Shown: piece after piece, positions 49,601 through 58,474 of the stretch
How positions within the stretch are numbered: position 1 is the stretch's first letter
Layout: each line of letters starts with the position of its first letter
Source: an uncultured candidate division Zixibacteria bacterium
Lineage (GTDB): Bacteria > Zixibacteria > MSB-5A5 > UBA10806 > 4484-95
Assembly (NCBI GenBank): GCA_963668625.2
Contig: CAXXKA010000006.1
Coordinates: 832,001-896,000, forward strand
Direction: 5' to 3'
DNA length: 64,000 nucleotides
The notes under the pieces: generated by a model
What the model was told of the DNA's origin: nothing
Seen by the model: the letters and a program-made list of their open reading frames with translations, nothing else
Databases searched by the model: none
Made by a program: the position numbers and the translations under genes

Positions 49601-52170
49601 AGGGGGGATATCTATTCGCCCCCGAGGTGAAGTTGCTTTATCACAAAAAAGGCGGCGATCGCTGGGTCTCACAGCATTTCTATGCCATTACCGATAGCGA
49701 GGGACAGGTCGATAAGGTTGTAATCCTGACCGAAGACATAACAGAACGAAAGCGTGCGACCGAGGCGCTTAAGCTTTCCGAGGCTTATTATCGTGGGCTG
49801 TTCGAAAGCGCTCATGATGCCATAATCGTGTTCGACCCGGAGAATGAAATCATTCTTGATGCCAATAAAAGCGCCTATCTGAATTATGGTTTCGAGAAAA
49901 GCGAATTTATCGGTATGTCAATGAAAGATATCTCGAAGGATGTAAAAACCGGCCAAAGACATATCAGTAAGACGCTTAGAAATAAATCGTATTATTCGTT
50001 TGAGACTATTCAATATCATAAAAATGGTATGGAGATGATTCTCGAGGTGAATGCTTCTATTATCAAATATAATGGTCGGGATGTCATACTCAGTGTCAAC
50101 CGCGATATCACCCAGAGAAAGAAAGCTCAGGAGGAACTGCGTTTGAGCGAGGAGCGGTTCAGGACAATCGTCAATTCCGCGCCTATTTCGATATTCGCGA
50201 TGGATACCGATGGTATCATGACATTTCTCGAAGGGCATCCTCTCGAGAATGCAGGTATGCATAAAGACACGATAATAGGAACATCAATATTTGATATATA
50301 TCCGCATCCTGATGGCAGAAAACTGTACCGGCAAGCCCTGGAGGGTAAACTTAATAAATATCTTGCGAGTTACAACGGCAGGCTATTCGATATTAACCTG
50401 ACAACGAGGAAAAACGAAACAGGAAAGACTGTCGGGATTATCGGAACAGCTACGGATGTTACGGAAAGCCTTCAAGATAAAGAGGCTCTCAGGCAAAGCG
50501 AGAAATGGCTAAGGACGATAGTAACCGCCTCGACCTTAACGTTGTTTGCGATCAGTAAAGATGGTTATTTCACATTTCTCGAGGGACGACTCCTGAAGAC
50601 ACTCGGTTTCGATAAAGATAAACTTATCGGCGAATCTGTTTTCGATATATTCGAAACTGATTTCGATGATGACATCTGGGAACAATCCTTGGAGGGAAAG
50701 ATCCGAAATCACGTCTTTAATTATCGAGATAAAATTATAGAGGCAAGGTACTCCCCGCAAACCAATGATAAAAACGAGATGATAGGTGTCTACGGTGTCG
50801 CTCTGGACATAACAGAGCAGAAAAAAATCGAGGATGCTCTGCGCGACGGGGAGGAGAAATATCGACTGCTGGTCGAGGCGGCCGGACAGCCTATCTATTC
50901 GTTAAATCGGGATGGTATATTTCTAACGATGAACAATGTCGCCGCCGAATATCTGGGCGGGAAGCCGAAAGATTTCATCGGTAAAACCATGTGGAATCTT
51001 TTCCCTAAAAATATTGCGGATGTTCAAATGGCGGATGTTATAAAAGCCATCGATACCGGTAAGAAGCTCACATTCGAGAGCCCGACTCTGTTTAAAAACG
51101 AGGAAAAATGGTTCATTACCAGTATCCAACCTCTACAGGATGCTGAGGGAGCGGCAAGTTCGGCGTTGCTGATAAGCAGTGATATCACGCAAAGGAAACG
51201 TATAGAGGTACGAGACAGGGCTAAATCACAATACCTGGATGACCTGCGAAGAGCGCAATCGATCAATGAATGCCTGGCCCTGTGCTGCCGTACGATTCGA
51301 GACGCGAAAATATTCAAACGTTCGATTTTGACTATTCATGATGAAAAGCGCGCTATTGTTAATTACGGGCAGGTTGGTTTAAGCGAGATGGATATCAAGC
51401 ATACCCTGGGTACTCAGGCGCCTGATTCGGAGCTGACCAGGCGGATGACACGCGAAAAATTCAAGATAAGCCATTCATACTATATCCCCGAATCAGAAGG
51501 GATGTTTTCCCCCATAGAAAACAGGTGTATAAACCAGGCGGAGAACACCTCGGCCGATAGCTCCGGCTGGAAAAACGGGGACGCTTATTTCGTGCCTTTA
51601 AAAAACGATAACGATCAGCCCGAGGGTTGGCTTTCAGCCGATACGCCATTCAGCGGCTTCTGTCCTGATCACGATGATGTGGTATTCATCGAGGAACTGG
51701 TTGATACCGCCGGTAATAAAATCAGGGAGATTCGCTACCTCGAATTGCTCGAAACCGAGCGAGAAGCCTTAAGAGAGAAAAATATAACCTTGAGGGAAGT
51801 GCTGGCCTATATCGAGGAAGAGAAAATGGAGATAAAGAATCAAATCGCCAATGAGGTTCAAAACTCCTTGATGCCGCTGGTCAAGAAACTGATTAATCCC
51901 GACGGTAAAGTAAACAATACCTGTTATAATATTTTAAGCCAGGGGCTCGATTCATTGGTAGCCCCATCCAGTATTAAGCAAATATACTCTAAACTTTCTC
52001 CCCGAGAGATTGAAATCTGCAATCTGATAAAATCCGGCGCAACTTCCAAAGATATCGCCAATGAGCTCAGTATAAGCCTGGCAACGGTGCAAAAACATCG
52101 CGAGAGCATCCGTAAAAAGCTAAAAATAACAAATAAGAATATCAATTTAATGACATTCCTTAAGGGCTAA
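46657..52170 (+). CDS. giant multi-PAS (~12) plus GAF-like plus C-terminal LuxR HTH protein
   Basis: Repeated DITERK..E.ALRESE..R PAS/PAC linkers; C-terminus LSPREIEICNLIKSGATSKDIANELSISLATVQKHRESIRKKL; no kinase motifs. Confidence 0.9.
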   Translation: MSNKDSETNLINQFNRFIDSVKEIFPAKLIDQTNAGAFAQLFHTVHTPALLLSIPDGLVLDVNISLLNQLEYSSVEIVGKTLIESDIWGSFDLKKEASGQLNQPESMSLKLKTKSGRLLEFKLDASKVELISGEAFLCVLESKARDDSIQDFVLKFESIVDNSDHGVCVVVKSKHLYVNKRFSEITGLPLEYIYDVTPDVIIKDISHPDFYQIVISSYREFISEVTSNGSVELKIVHPDDGEKWVEIQARLMNINGDRVILMVLIDIDEKKKAYEKIRSDQHLFKSILDTTLDYVFIKNEELRYTLVNTRMEKLFGKSSSELLGKTDVELFDKETAAQISATDTLVLKGEVIEEECEKVINGKVIAFHIVKTPLFNKAGRIVGLYSVARDITEQRDSRQRLEDSELKFRNIIENTKDTILTYQPDGTISYISPGNNFYGYDLDKVVGSKVFEYVYPDDLKKVAAGFQETLLTGRGFTSEFRLVGGENDRIFYVEESICAIRENDKIIQLSGVIRDVSKRKIAEAALRESETKYRRLIENMNEGLGAINEDGIITFVNNSACRMLGYTQDELVNKSVMELVDEDDRKILTEQFMQRKKGDRANYEITWLKNDGSKVHTIMSSVPVYDRTGDFSGSFGILTDITDRKNAEEALKKSEERYRQAVENSPSPIFTVDKRGFIRTWNTACANVFGYDETIIGEYYELIIAEKSNYPLITEKINEVFQNKYHADIELKLKTREGRVRFMVSRLYPLLDEKGEVERCVFTNTDITDRKDIENALRESEKRFRDMVELSPEGVFEYDSNGEISFANAAALKIFHLTPELLESGLRGESLIVPEERERARKNMSRLLNGEKIGPNEYRVIRPDGSIFRSVIHSTPVYKNDKIVGVHGIIIDITENKKSEAALRESELFNRAVIDKSPLGVSVRSKSGKLLSCNDSWKKIWGKSDQEVEKYLAEPDRPSLVFDRRDDYLTPWHNQLRRVYEEGGYLFAPEVKLLYHKKGGDRWVSQHFYAITDSEGQVDKVVILTEDITERKRATEALKLSEAYYRGLFESAHDAIIVFDPENEIILDANKSAYLNYGFEKSEFIGMSMKDISKDVKTGQRHISKTLRNKSYYSFETIQYHKNGMEMILEVNASIIKYNGRDVILSVNRDITQRKKAQEELRLSEERFRTIVNSAPISIFAMDTDGIMTFLEGHPLENAGMHKDTIIGTSIFDIYPHPDGRKLYRQALEGKLNKYLASYNGRLFDINLTTRKNETGKTVGIIGTATDVTESLQDKEALRQSEKWLRTIVTASTLTLFAISKDGYFTFLEGRLLKTLGFDKDKLIGESVFDIFETDFDDDIWEQSLEGKIRNHVFNYRDKIIEARYSPQTNDKNEMIGVYGVALDITEQKKIEDALRDGEEKYRLLVEAAGQPIYSLNRDGIFLTMNNVAAEYLGGKPKDFIGKTMWNLFPKNIADVQMADVIKAIDTGKKLTFESPTLFKNEEKWFITSIQPLQDAEGAASSALLISSDITQRKRIEVRDRAKSQYLDDLRRAQSINECLALCCRTIRDAKIFKRSILTIHDEKRAIVNYGQVGLSEMDIKHTLGTQAPDSELTRRMTREKFKISHSYYIPESEGMFSPIENRCINQAENTSADSSGWKNGDAYFVPLKNDNDQPEGWLSADTPFSGFCPDHDDVVFIEELVDTAGNKIREIRYLELLETEREALREKNITLREVLAYIEEEKMEIKNQIANEVQNSLMPLVKKLINPDGKVNNTCYNILSQGLDSLVAPSSIKQIYSKLSPREIEICNLIKSGATSKDIANELSISLATVQKHRESIRKKLKITNKNINLMTFLKG

Positions 52171-52556
52171 TATTACGTATAAAGCTCTACGTATTGTTTA
52201 AGTGATATTGCCGGGTTGACAAGACACGGAAATTGAATTAATTTTATTTCAGATTAAGCGAATTACCTTATTATTATCAGGCATTCGGCTTAATCTGCTC
52301 TTTCAAATCATTTCATTCAAAGTGGCTTGTAGCGCCCGGGGGGAGCGCTTGGGCCACTATGCAATGAGCTACTATTGATCATATAGTTAAGTATCCCGGC
52401 GGAAATTCTTGGTTATCCCGTCATAGCTCGAGGGCTTTTGGGCCGTATTCAAAATCATAAATAGATAAATATATATACTGGATTATTTGATTGAGATTTT
52501 TAAGAGTAAATTAAAAAGTACTGAAAAAATCCTTATAGTTCGTTGATGATAATAAA

Positions 52557-52586
52557 TAAAAAAAGGGCGTCCGTATGAACGCCCTC
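52557..52586 (-). terminator. terminator downstream of rocD
   Basis: AGGGCGT...ACGCCCT stem with an A-run on the + strand. Confidence 0.65.
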
Positions 52587-52597
52587 GTATTTTAAAA

Positions 52598-53869
52598 TTA
52601 GCCTACTAAAACTTTCTCGAGTCTCTCCAGCAGGTAGTCGACTTCCTGATTATTGATAACCAGCGGTGGGGATATCCTGATAGTGTGACCGTGACTATCG
52701 TTGGCCATCACGCCCAGATCTAGCAACTGACGGCAATATGTCATGGCATCGCCATCGTTGACCTCGATCCCGATAAACAGGCCGCGTCCGCGCACCTCTT
52801 TAACCTTGGATGATCTCGAGGCGATATCCTCGATTTTCTTTTTCAGCATAGCTCCGATTTTGGCCGAACGTTCATGCAGCTTCTCATTTTCTATAACATC
52901 TAAAGCGGCATTTGCCGCTACGCCGGCCAGCGGGTAACCACCGTATGTGGAGCCATCACTGCCCGGTTGGAAAGCCATATTCATGAGATCGGAGTTGGTT
53001 ACGAAAGTGGAGACCGGTACCAGGCCGCCGGAGATAGCTTTGCCCAAAATGACGCCATCGGGTATGACATTCTCATGCTCGAAACAGAACATCTTGCCGG
53101 TACGTCCCAGGCCGACCTGGATCTCATCGAATAATAAAAGCAGATCGTTTTTATCGGCTAATTCGCGCAGGCTTTTCAGGAAACCATCCGGGGGCTGATA
53201 CATACCGCCCTCGCCCTGCATCGGCTCGACTAATATACCGCAGGTATTTTTATTGATGGCTTTCTCGACGGCGTTGATATCGCCGAACTCGACGGATACG
53301 AAACCAGGCGTGGTCGGTCCGAAACCGCGTTTGTATTTCTCGGTGGTTGAAAAAGAGATGACTGTAATCATACGGCCGTGGAAATTATTGTTGAAAACGA
53401 TGATCTCTTGTTTACCATCCTCAATGCCTTTGGCTTTGTAACCATAGTAACGAGCCATCTTAATAGCCGTCTCGACCGATTCGACGCCGCCGTTTTTCGG
53501 CAGGGTTTTATTGCCATTTTCGCCGAAACGAGGGGCAAGCTGCGGAATCATCGTGGAGACGCGTTTCAAGAACATCGCCAGGGAGTCGGTATAAACCACG
53601 TTAGAGATAACCGAGGCGTAGTTATTTTGCAGCGCTTTAATGAGGGCGTTTACGATATACGGATTATGATGACCCTGGTTGGCGGCCGAATAGGCGGCCA
53701 GGCAGTCCAGATGTTTATCGCCGTTGATGCCAGTTAACCAGCAGCCCTCAGCCTGACGGACGACCATATTCAAACGGCCATAGTGATGCGCGCCGAAAGT
53801 TTGTTCGATATCTATAATTTCTTTATCTGAAATTTGCGAAAATCCATTGATTGTTTTTTTCTCGGACAT
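52598..53869 (-). CDS. rocD: ornithine aminotransferase (class III PLP aminotransferase)
   Basis: DCLAAYSAANQGH, ETAIKMAR, NNFHGR, EPMQGEGG, DEIQVGLGRTG, LGKAISGG, GSTYGG. Confidence 0.85.
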   Translation of the reverse strand: MSEKKTINGFSQISDKEIIDIEQTFGAHHYGRLNMVVRQAEGCWLTGINGDKHLDCLAAYSAANQGHHNPYIVNALIKALQNNYASVISNVVYTDSLAMFLKRVSTMIPQLAPRFGENGNKTLPKNGGVESVETAIKMARYYGYKAKGIEDGKQEIIVFNNNFHGRMITVISFSTTEKYKRGFGPTTPGFVSVEFGDINAVEKAINKNTCGILVEPMQGEGGMYQPPDGFLKSLRELADKNDLLLLFDEIQVGLGRTGKMFCFEHENVIPDGVILGKAISGGLVPVSTFVTNSDLMNMAFQPGSDGSTYGGYPLAGVAANAALDVIENEKLHERSAKIGAMLKKKIEDIASRSSKVKEVRGRGLFIGIEVNDGDAMTYCRQLLDLGVMANDSHGHTIRISPPLVINNQEVDYLLERLEKVLVG

Positions 53870-54228
53870 AATTACTCCTTGAAATAAGTTTTTACCAAAG
53901 TTGTTAAAGGATTATAATAAAGTGTGGAGCAATGGTTTATAACTGACCATTGAGGTAAATGCGCCATAGAATAGATCGCATCAAGCGCATGAAAATCTCA
54001 TTATTTTTTGCTATTCTTACCATAAAAACAATCTATGCGTTTTGGCGATTTTGTCAAGATTATTCGCCCGCATCCTCCGGCCTTTATAACGTATATTAAT
54101 ACGAATTTGTTGCCAATTATTATTTACATTATTTTTAGAATATTGAAGCGGCTAGTCAAGTATTATATCCATAAATAGTCATTAATAGATTCACTTGCTT
54201 TTATTGATAATAGTTATATCTTCATGCC

Positions 54229-54954
54229 ATGCCTGAGAATGTGAAAATAGGGTTATACCAGGGTTATCATGGTGAAGGCGTGCCTATCGATATTGCCGAG
54301 ATAATTGCCGATGAAAAACCTGATATTCTCTGCCTTCCCGAGTATTTCTTTGTCAGGCCGGATGAGAAGTCGATTTTACTTTCGGCGGAGAGGCATGATT
54401 TTCATCTTCAGTATTTAGCCGATTTATCGAACAGGTTCCAGTGCGCCATAACCGGCGGGACGTTGTTGGTGCGGGAAAACGGATTAATGAAGAATCGCTG
54501 CTATTTTATCGAGGATTCGACGGTTGTCGATCACTACGATAAAATTCATCTTTATAAAAACGAGGGTAGAGGCCGGCTTACGCCCGGCCATGAGTATAAA
54601 GTAATCGATTATCGAAGGTTTAGAATCGGTCTGTTAATTTGCGCTGATGTTTTATATGAGGAATCATTCTACAATATTCGCGGGCTAAATCCCGATTTGA
54701 TTATCGTTCCAGTCACCTCTCCTCATATCGAGGGTGAGAGTATCGAGGATAAGTTAGCCCGAGATGAGCGTATTTGGACCGAGGCGGTGAAGATAACCGG
54801 CTGCCCGATACTTAAAGTCGGCAGTGTTGGTAAAATAGCCGGTCGGCGTTTACAGGGACGGTCGCTTCTGGCAACTAGCGGAGGAATATCTTTCAGGGTA
54901 GCGCCGGAAGATGAGGATAAACCGATGCTGAAATTTATCAACCTGACTGTATAA
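54229..54954 (+). CDS. carbon-nitrogen hydrolase family protein
   Basis: LPEYF, YDKIHL and LICAD give the E-K-C catalytic triad. Confidence 0.85.
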   Translation: MPENVKIGLYQGYHGEGVPIDIAEIIADEKPDILCLPEYFFVRPDEKSILLSAERHDFHLQYLADLSNRFQCAITGGTLLVRENGLMKNRCYFIEDSTVVDHYDKIHLYKNEGRGRLTPGHEYKVIDYRRFRIGLLICADVLYEESFYNIRGLNPDLIIVPVTSPHIEGESIEDKLARDERIWTEAVKITGCPILKVGSVGKIAGRRLQGRSLLATSGGISFRVAPEDEDKPMLKFINLTV

Positions 54955-54960
54955 GTTTGC

Positions 54961-54989
54961 TTGACTGCCGGGCGGCATGGTGATAAATT
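54961..54989 (+). promoter_or_regulatory. sigma70 promoter placing the TSS at the comEA ATG (leaderless)
   Basis: TTGACT-17 bp-TAAATT, then 6 nt before ATG 54996; no RBS. Confidence 0.5.
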
Positions 54990-54995
54990 CCGAAT

Positions 54996-55436
54996 ATGCA
55001 GCCTCTTTTTACATATCAGAGACGGATTTTACTGGCGCTGATATTTTTTATCCTCACCGGTTTGATGTTGAAAGTTATCGATCGCCAGCGGCAGTTAATC
55101 GGCTTCGATATTAAAGGCTTTCTTGATGGTTATAAATACTCGACAACAGTCGATACATCAGGAGAGAAAGTAAATCTTTCTACCAACGCTATTCCGAGTG
55201 AAAATGGCGTGGCTAAGGAGGAAAAGGCCGGCTCGGATATTTTGCTGAAAGTAAATATCAACACGGCCGATAAAATGACTCTTCAGCAGTTACCGGGCAT
55301 AGGCCCCGTGCTGGCAGGTAGAATAATAGAATACCGGGAGGCCAACGGGCGGTTCGATACCGACAAAGATTTAGCCGAGGTCAAAGGTATTGGCAAGATG
55401 AAACTGGCAAAAATCAGGGGATACATAGAATTTTGA
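54996..55436 (+). CDS. comEA: ComEA-family helix-hairpin-helix DNA-binding protein
   Basis: N-terminal TM; VNINTAD..LQQLPGIGPVLAGRII, VKGIG. Confidence 0.85.
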   Translation: MQPLFTYQRRILLALIFFILTGLMLKVIDRQRQLIGFDIKGFLDGYKYSTTVDTSGEKVNLSTNAIPSENGVAKEEKAGSDILLKVNINTADKMTLQQLPGIGPVLAGRIIEYREANGRFDTDKDLAEVKGIGKMKLAKIRGYIEF

Positions 55437-56287
55437 GCAATCTCGTAATCGATATAAAAGATGGCTACGCGGCAATCGCAACCGGTAGCGAAAATCAACG
55501 GGCGTATTATAAAATCCTGTTCGATGAATCTGATTTCGTAGGCGAATCAGGCAGCGCCAAATCGTTTACCTCCCTTAGCCTGTTCGAGCTTGCCGATGAT
55601 AATCTGAAAAATCTGCAAAGTCAGGCCGAGATGACCACGCTGGTCGTACCCATGCGATTTTCCATGGTAAAACCGGTGGATATCGACAAAGCCGGATTGG
55701 ACAGCCTGGGGGATGAATTCCTGACCTGGGAAAGCCATCAGCAACTCCCGGAGGATCTGGGTGATTTCGAGATCGGATTCTATAAGCTTCGCCGGAGTTT
55801 CGATGATAAAAGTTATAAGTTCATGTTCTATGCCTCCACCAGGGATTTCACCGATGTCCTGTCGAATTTCGTAGCCAGCAGCCCTGATCTTAAAGTCGAG
55901 ATCAAATCAGAGGCGATCGGTCTTTTCAACGCCGTTTGTTTGGCCTCCGATAAACAAGGGGTAGGCGTGGCTATCGCGCTGGAAAGCGACGGCGCTTCGG
56001 TGGTAATCGCTCATGATGGTGATTTTCTGGCGGGTAAATTCATTCCCGGTGATAACACCTCATTAGGCGAGGAGATCATGTATTACGTGTTCGCGAACTG
56101 CGCCGATGATCTCAAGCCTAAAGTGCTGATTTGCGGCGATCTCGATTATATGGATCATCTCGGCAGGCTAGATTGGGCGGATCGTTTGCAGATGCCGGCC
56201 CAGTTCGGCCTTCAAGCAGCGGCCGGTATCGATGAGCCAATGATGTATGTCGCGGCCGCAGGGGTTAATTTCCAATTCGATGATTGA
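55433..56287 (+). CDS. hypothetical protein, distant PilM-like
   Basis: LTWESHQQLPEDL resembles the PilM xWEAxQYIP motif; length and operon position fit. Confidence 0.55.
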   Translation: MSNLVIDIKDGYAAIATGSENQRAYYKILFDESDFVGESGSAKSFTSLSLFELADDNLKNLQSQAEMTTLVVPMRFSMVKPVDIDKAGLDSLGDEFLTWESHQQLPEDLGDFEIGFYKLRRSFDDKSYKFMFYASTRDFTDVLSNFVASSPDLKVEIKSEAIGLFNAVCLASDKQGVGVAIALESDGASVVIAHDGDFLAGKFIPGDNTSLGEEIMYYVFANCADDLKPKVLICGDLDYMDHLGRLDWADRLQMPAQFGLQAAAGIDEPMMYVAAAGVNFQFDD

Positions 56288-56832
56288 TCGTGCGGGTTAT
56301 TGCCGGTAAGTACAAGGGGAGACCTCTCCTCGGGCCGAAGAAAGACAATTTCCGGCCAACTTTAGACCGTGTTAAAGAATCTATATTCAACGTTCTGGGG
56401 CAGGATTTAATCGATGCCGTAGTGCTGGATTTGTTCTGTGGCAGCGGCGCATTGGGGATCGAGGCGTTATCGCGGGGAGCGATGCGGGCGACTTTCGTCG
56501 ATAGTAATAAGATGATACTGAATATCGCCCGGAAGAATATAGAAAAACTGGAGATCGAGAAGAAAGCCAAACTGATCATGAACGATACGTTCACTTATAT
56601 CGAAAGAAACGCCGGAATTCATAATCATATAATCTTTGCCGATCCGCCGTACGATAAACTTTATGGCGGTAATATTTGCAAATCGGTAATCGAATTTGAT
56701 ATATTGCATCAGGGAGGCATACTGGTATTGGAGAGATACCAGAAAGAACAACCCGAACACGAGAGCCTGGTTCTGGCAAAAACTCTGAAGTTCGGGCAAA
56801 CTGAAGTGGATTTTTATTTACGCGAGGCTTAG
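56284..56832 (+). CDS. rsmD: 16S rRNA m2G966 methyltransferase
   Basis: RVIAGKYKG, RPTLDRVKESIFN, DLFCGSGALGIEALSRGA, DPPY. Confidence 0.93.
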   Translation: MIVRVIAGKYKGRPLLGPKKDNFRPTLDRVKESIFNVLGQDLIDAVVLDLFCGSGALGIEALSRGAMRATFVDSNKMILNIARKNIEKLEIEKKAKLIMNDTFTYIERNAGIHNHIIFADPPYDKLYGGNICKSVIEFDILHQGGILVLERYQKEQPEHESLVLAKTLKFGQTEVDFYLREA

Positions 56833-56833
56833 G

Positions 56834-57313
56834 ATGAGAACAGCTATATACCCCGGCTCATTCGATCCGGTTACCAACGGTCATTCCGATATCATCGAAC
56901 GTGCGCTGGCGTTATTCGATAAATTGATTGTCGCAATAGCCGAGAATACCAGCAAACAAAATACGTTTACCGTGGAGGAACGCATAGAGATGCTGCGCGC
57001 GGTGGTTGGTGATGATGACCGGGTGGAATTAGTACAGTTTACCGGCCTGACAGCCCACTATGCCAAAGAACGCAACGTCGATGCTATCATACGAGGTCTG
57101 CGGGCGGTTTCCGATTTCGAGTACGAATTCCAGATGGCCCTGATGAATCGTCGCCTGGTACCCGAGGTGGAAACAGTGTTTTTGATGCCGCGTGGCAAGT
57201 ATTCGTATCTCTCCTCAACGCTGATAAAAGACATAGCCAAATTCGGCGGCGAGGTCGATTTGTTCGTAAACAAAACAGTGGCGGAGAAGCTCAGGGCGAA
57301 GCTTGGCAAATAG
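56834..57313 (+). CDS. coaD: phosphopantetheine adenylyltransferase
   Basis: YPGSFDPVTNGH, RGLRAVSDFEYEFQMA, LSST. Confidence 0.96.
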   Translation: MRTAIYPGSFDPVTNGHSDIIERALALFDKLIVAIAENTSKQNTFTVEERIEMLRAVVGDDDRVELVQFTGLTAHYAKERNVDAIIRGLRAVSDFEYEFQMALMNRRLVPEVETVFLMPRGKYSYLSSTLIKDIAKFGGEVDLFVNKTVAEKLRAKLGK

Positions 57314-57510
57314 AAAGACTCGTGCGTGTTATACCAGGCCGTTAAATGTATTGCGGGCGGCACACGTACCCGTGTACCCCATTTATGAAGGCTCAGCGAC
57401 CAGGCAAGCGCAGACGAGTATACACTGCCCGTCATGTAATGGGTGAAACCGATTAAACCCAATTTAATTGGAGAAATTAATTCAATTGATACATTATCAC
57501 CGAGAGTAGC

Positions 57511-58167
57511 ATGAAACATTTCATTCACAACGGAATCAAATACGAGGTAGATAGACAGGGGTATCTTCTGGACCCCGCAAAATGGGATGATAATTTCGCC
57601 GAAGGGATGGCGTCCAAGGTTCGGCTGCCCGATGGCCTTACCGATGAGCACTGGAAAGTAATCAGGTTCATCCGTAACTCATTCGATAAGATAAATATCT
57701 GCCCGCTTATTTACGTAGCTTGTAAGGAGAACAATATCGGATTGGGGGATATGAACCGGTTGTTTCCCACGGGCTACCATCGCGGGGCATGTAAACTTGC
57801 CGGTATCTCGTACCGTCAGGGATATTTCCACAAGTACCGAGTGGAAGGTAACCTACCGAGTATCGAAAGCGAGTACAAGCTCAAGGTCTATCGAATCGAT
57901 TCGCAGGGATTCCTGGTCGACCCGACCGAGTGGGATGAGAATTTTGCGGTGAACAAAGCGTTCGAAATGAAGATGCCGGGATTGCTTACCAAAAAGCACT
58001 GGCAGATACTAGTCTACCTTCGCGAGAAATTCATCAAGACGAAGGAAATACCTACGCTCTTTCAAACCTGCGAGATGAACAACCTGGAAATGCTCGAGTT
58101 CGATGAACTTTTTCCCGACGGCTATCATCGAGGTGCGGTTAAACTTGCGGGTTTGCGGTTGGAGTAG
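57511..58167 (+). CDS. tandem-duplicated TusE/DsrC-family protein lacking the C-terminal Cys arm
   Basis: Two repeats of D..G[YF]L.DP..WD.NFA...LT..HW..I...R...LFP.GYHRGA[CV]KLAG. Confidence 0.85.
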   Translation: MKHFIHNGIKYEVDRQGYLLDPAKWDDNFAEGMASKVRLPDGLTDEHWKVIRFIRNSFDKINICPLIYVACKENNIGLGDMNRLFPTGYHRGACKLAGISYRQGYFHKYRVEGNLPSIESEYKLKVYRIDSQGFLVDPTEWDENFAVNKAFEMKMPGLLTKKHWQILVYLREKFIKTKEIPTLFQTCEMNNLEMLEFDELFPDGYHRGAVKLAGLRLE

Positions 58168-58415
58168 GACTCGATATCGGTGTAGGGTTAAAGTTTATCT
58201 TTACCCCGAACATAGTACGATGCGTGCTTTAAGATTCTGCCGAATTCAGGTTAAAGGCAAGCTTTCCCCTTACATAGCAAAACGGCAAACGAGAACGCCT
58301 GCCGACTGAAAACTAAAATGTGATTTTAAAAATCGTTATGATCAATCTACGGTGTAAATAGCACTTGTGGTTGCGATACGTCCCCGTATCCCGACTTGTA
58401 TGCTTTCAAACTAAA

Positions 58416-58442
58416 GCCGGCGGACGAGGAACGTCCGCCGGC
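58416..58442. terminator. strong GC hairpin between convergent genes (terminator or REP)
   Basis: GCCGGCGGACG-aggaa-CGTCCGCCGGC. Confidence 0.55.
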
Positions 58443-58474
58443 CACATGAATGATTTTATCTGATTAAGTAGTAT

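Noticed and set aside
57058-57651. 197-aa minus-strand ORF
   Set aside because: Antisense to coaD and the DsrC-like gene
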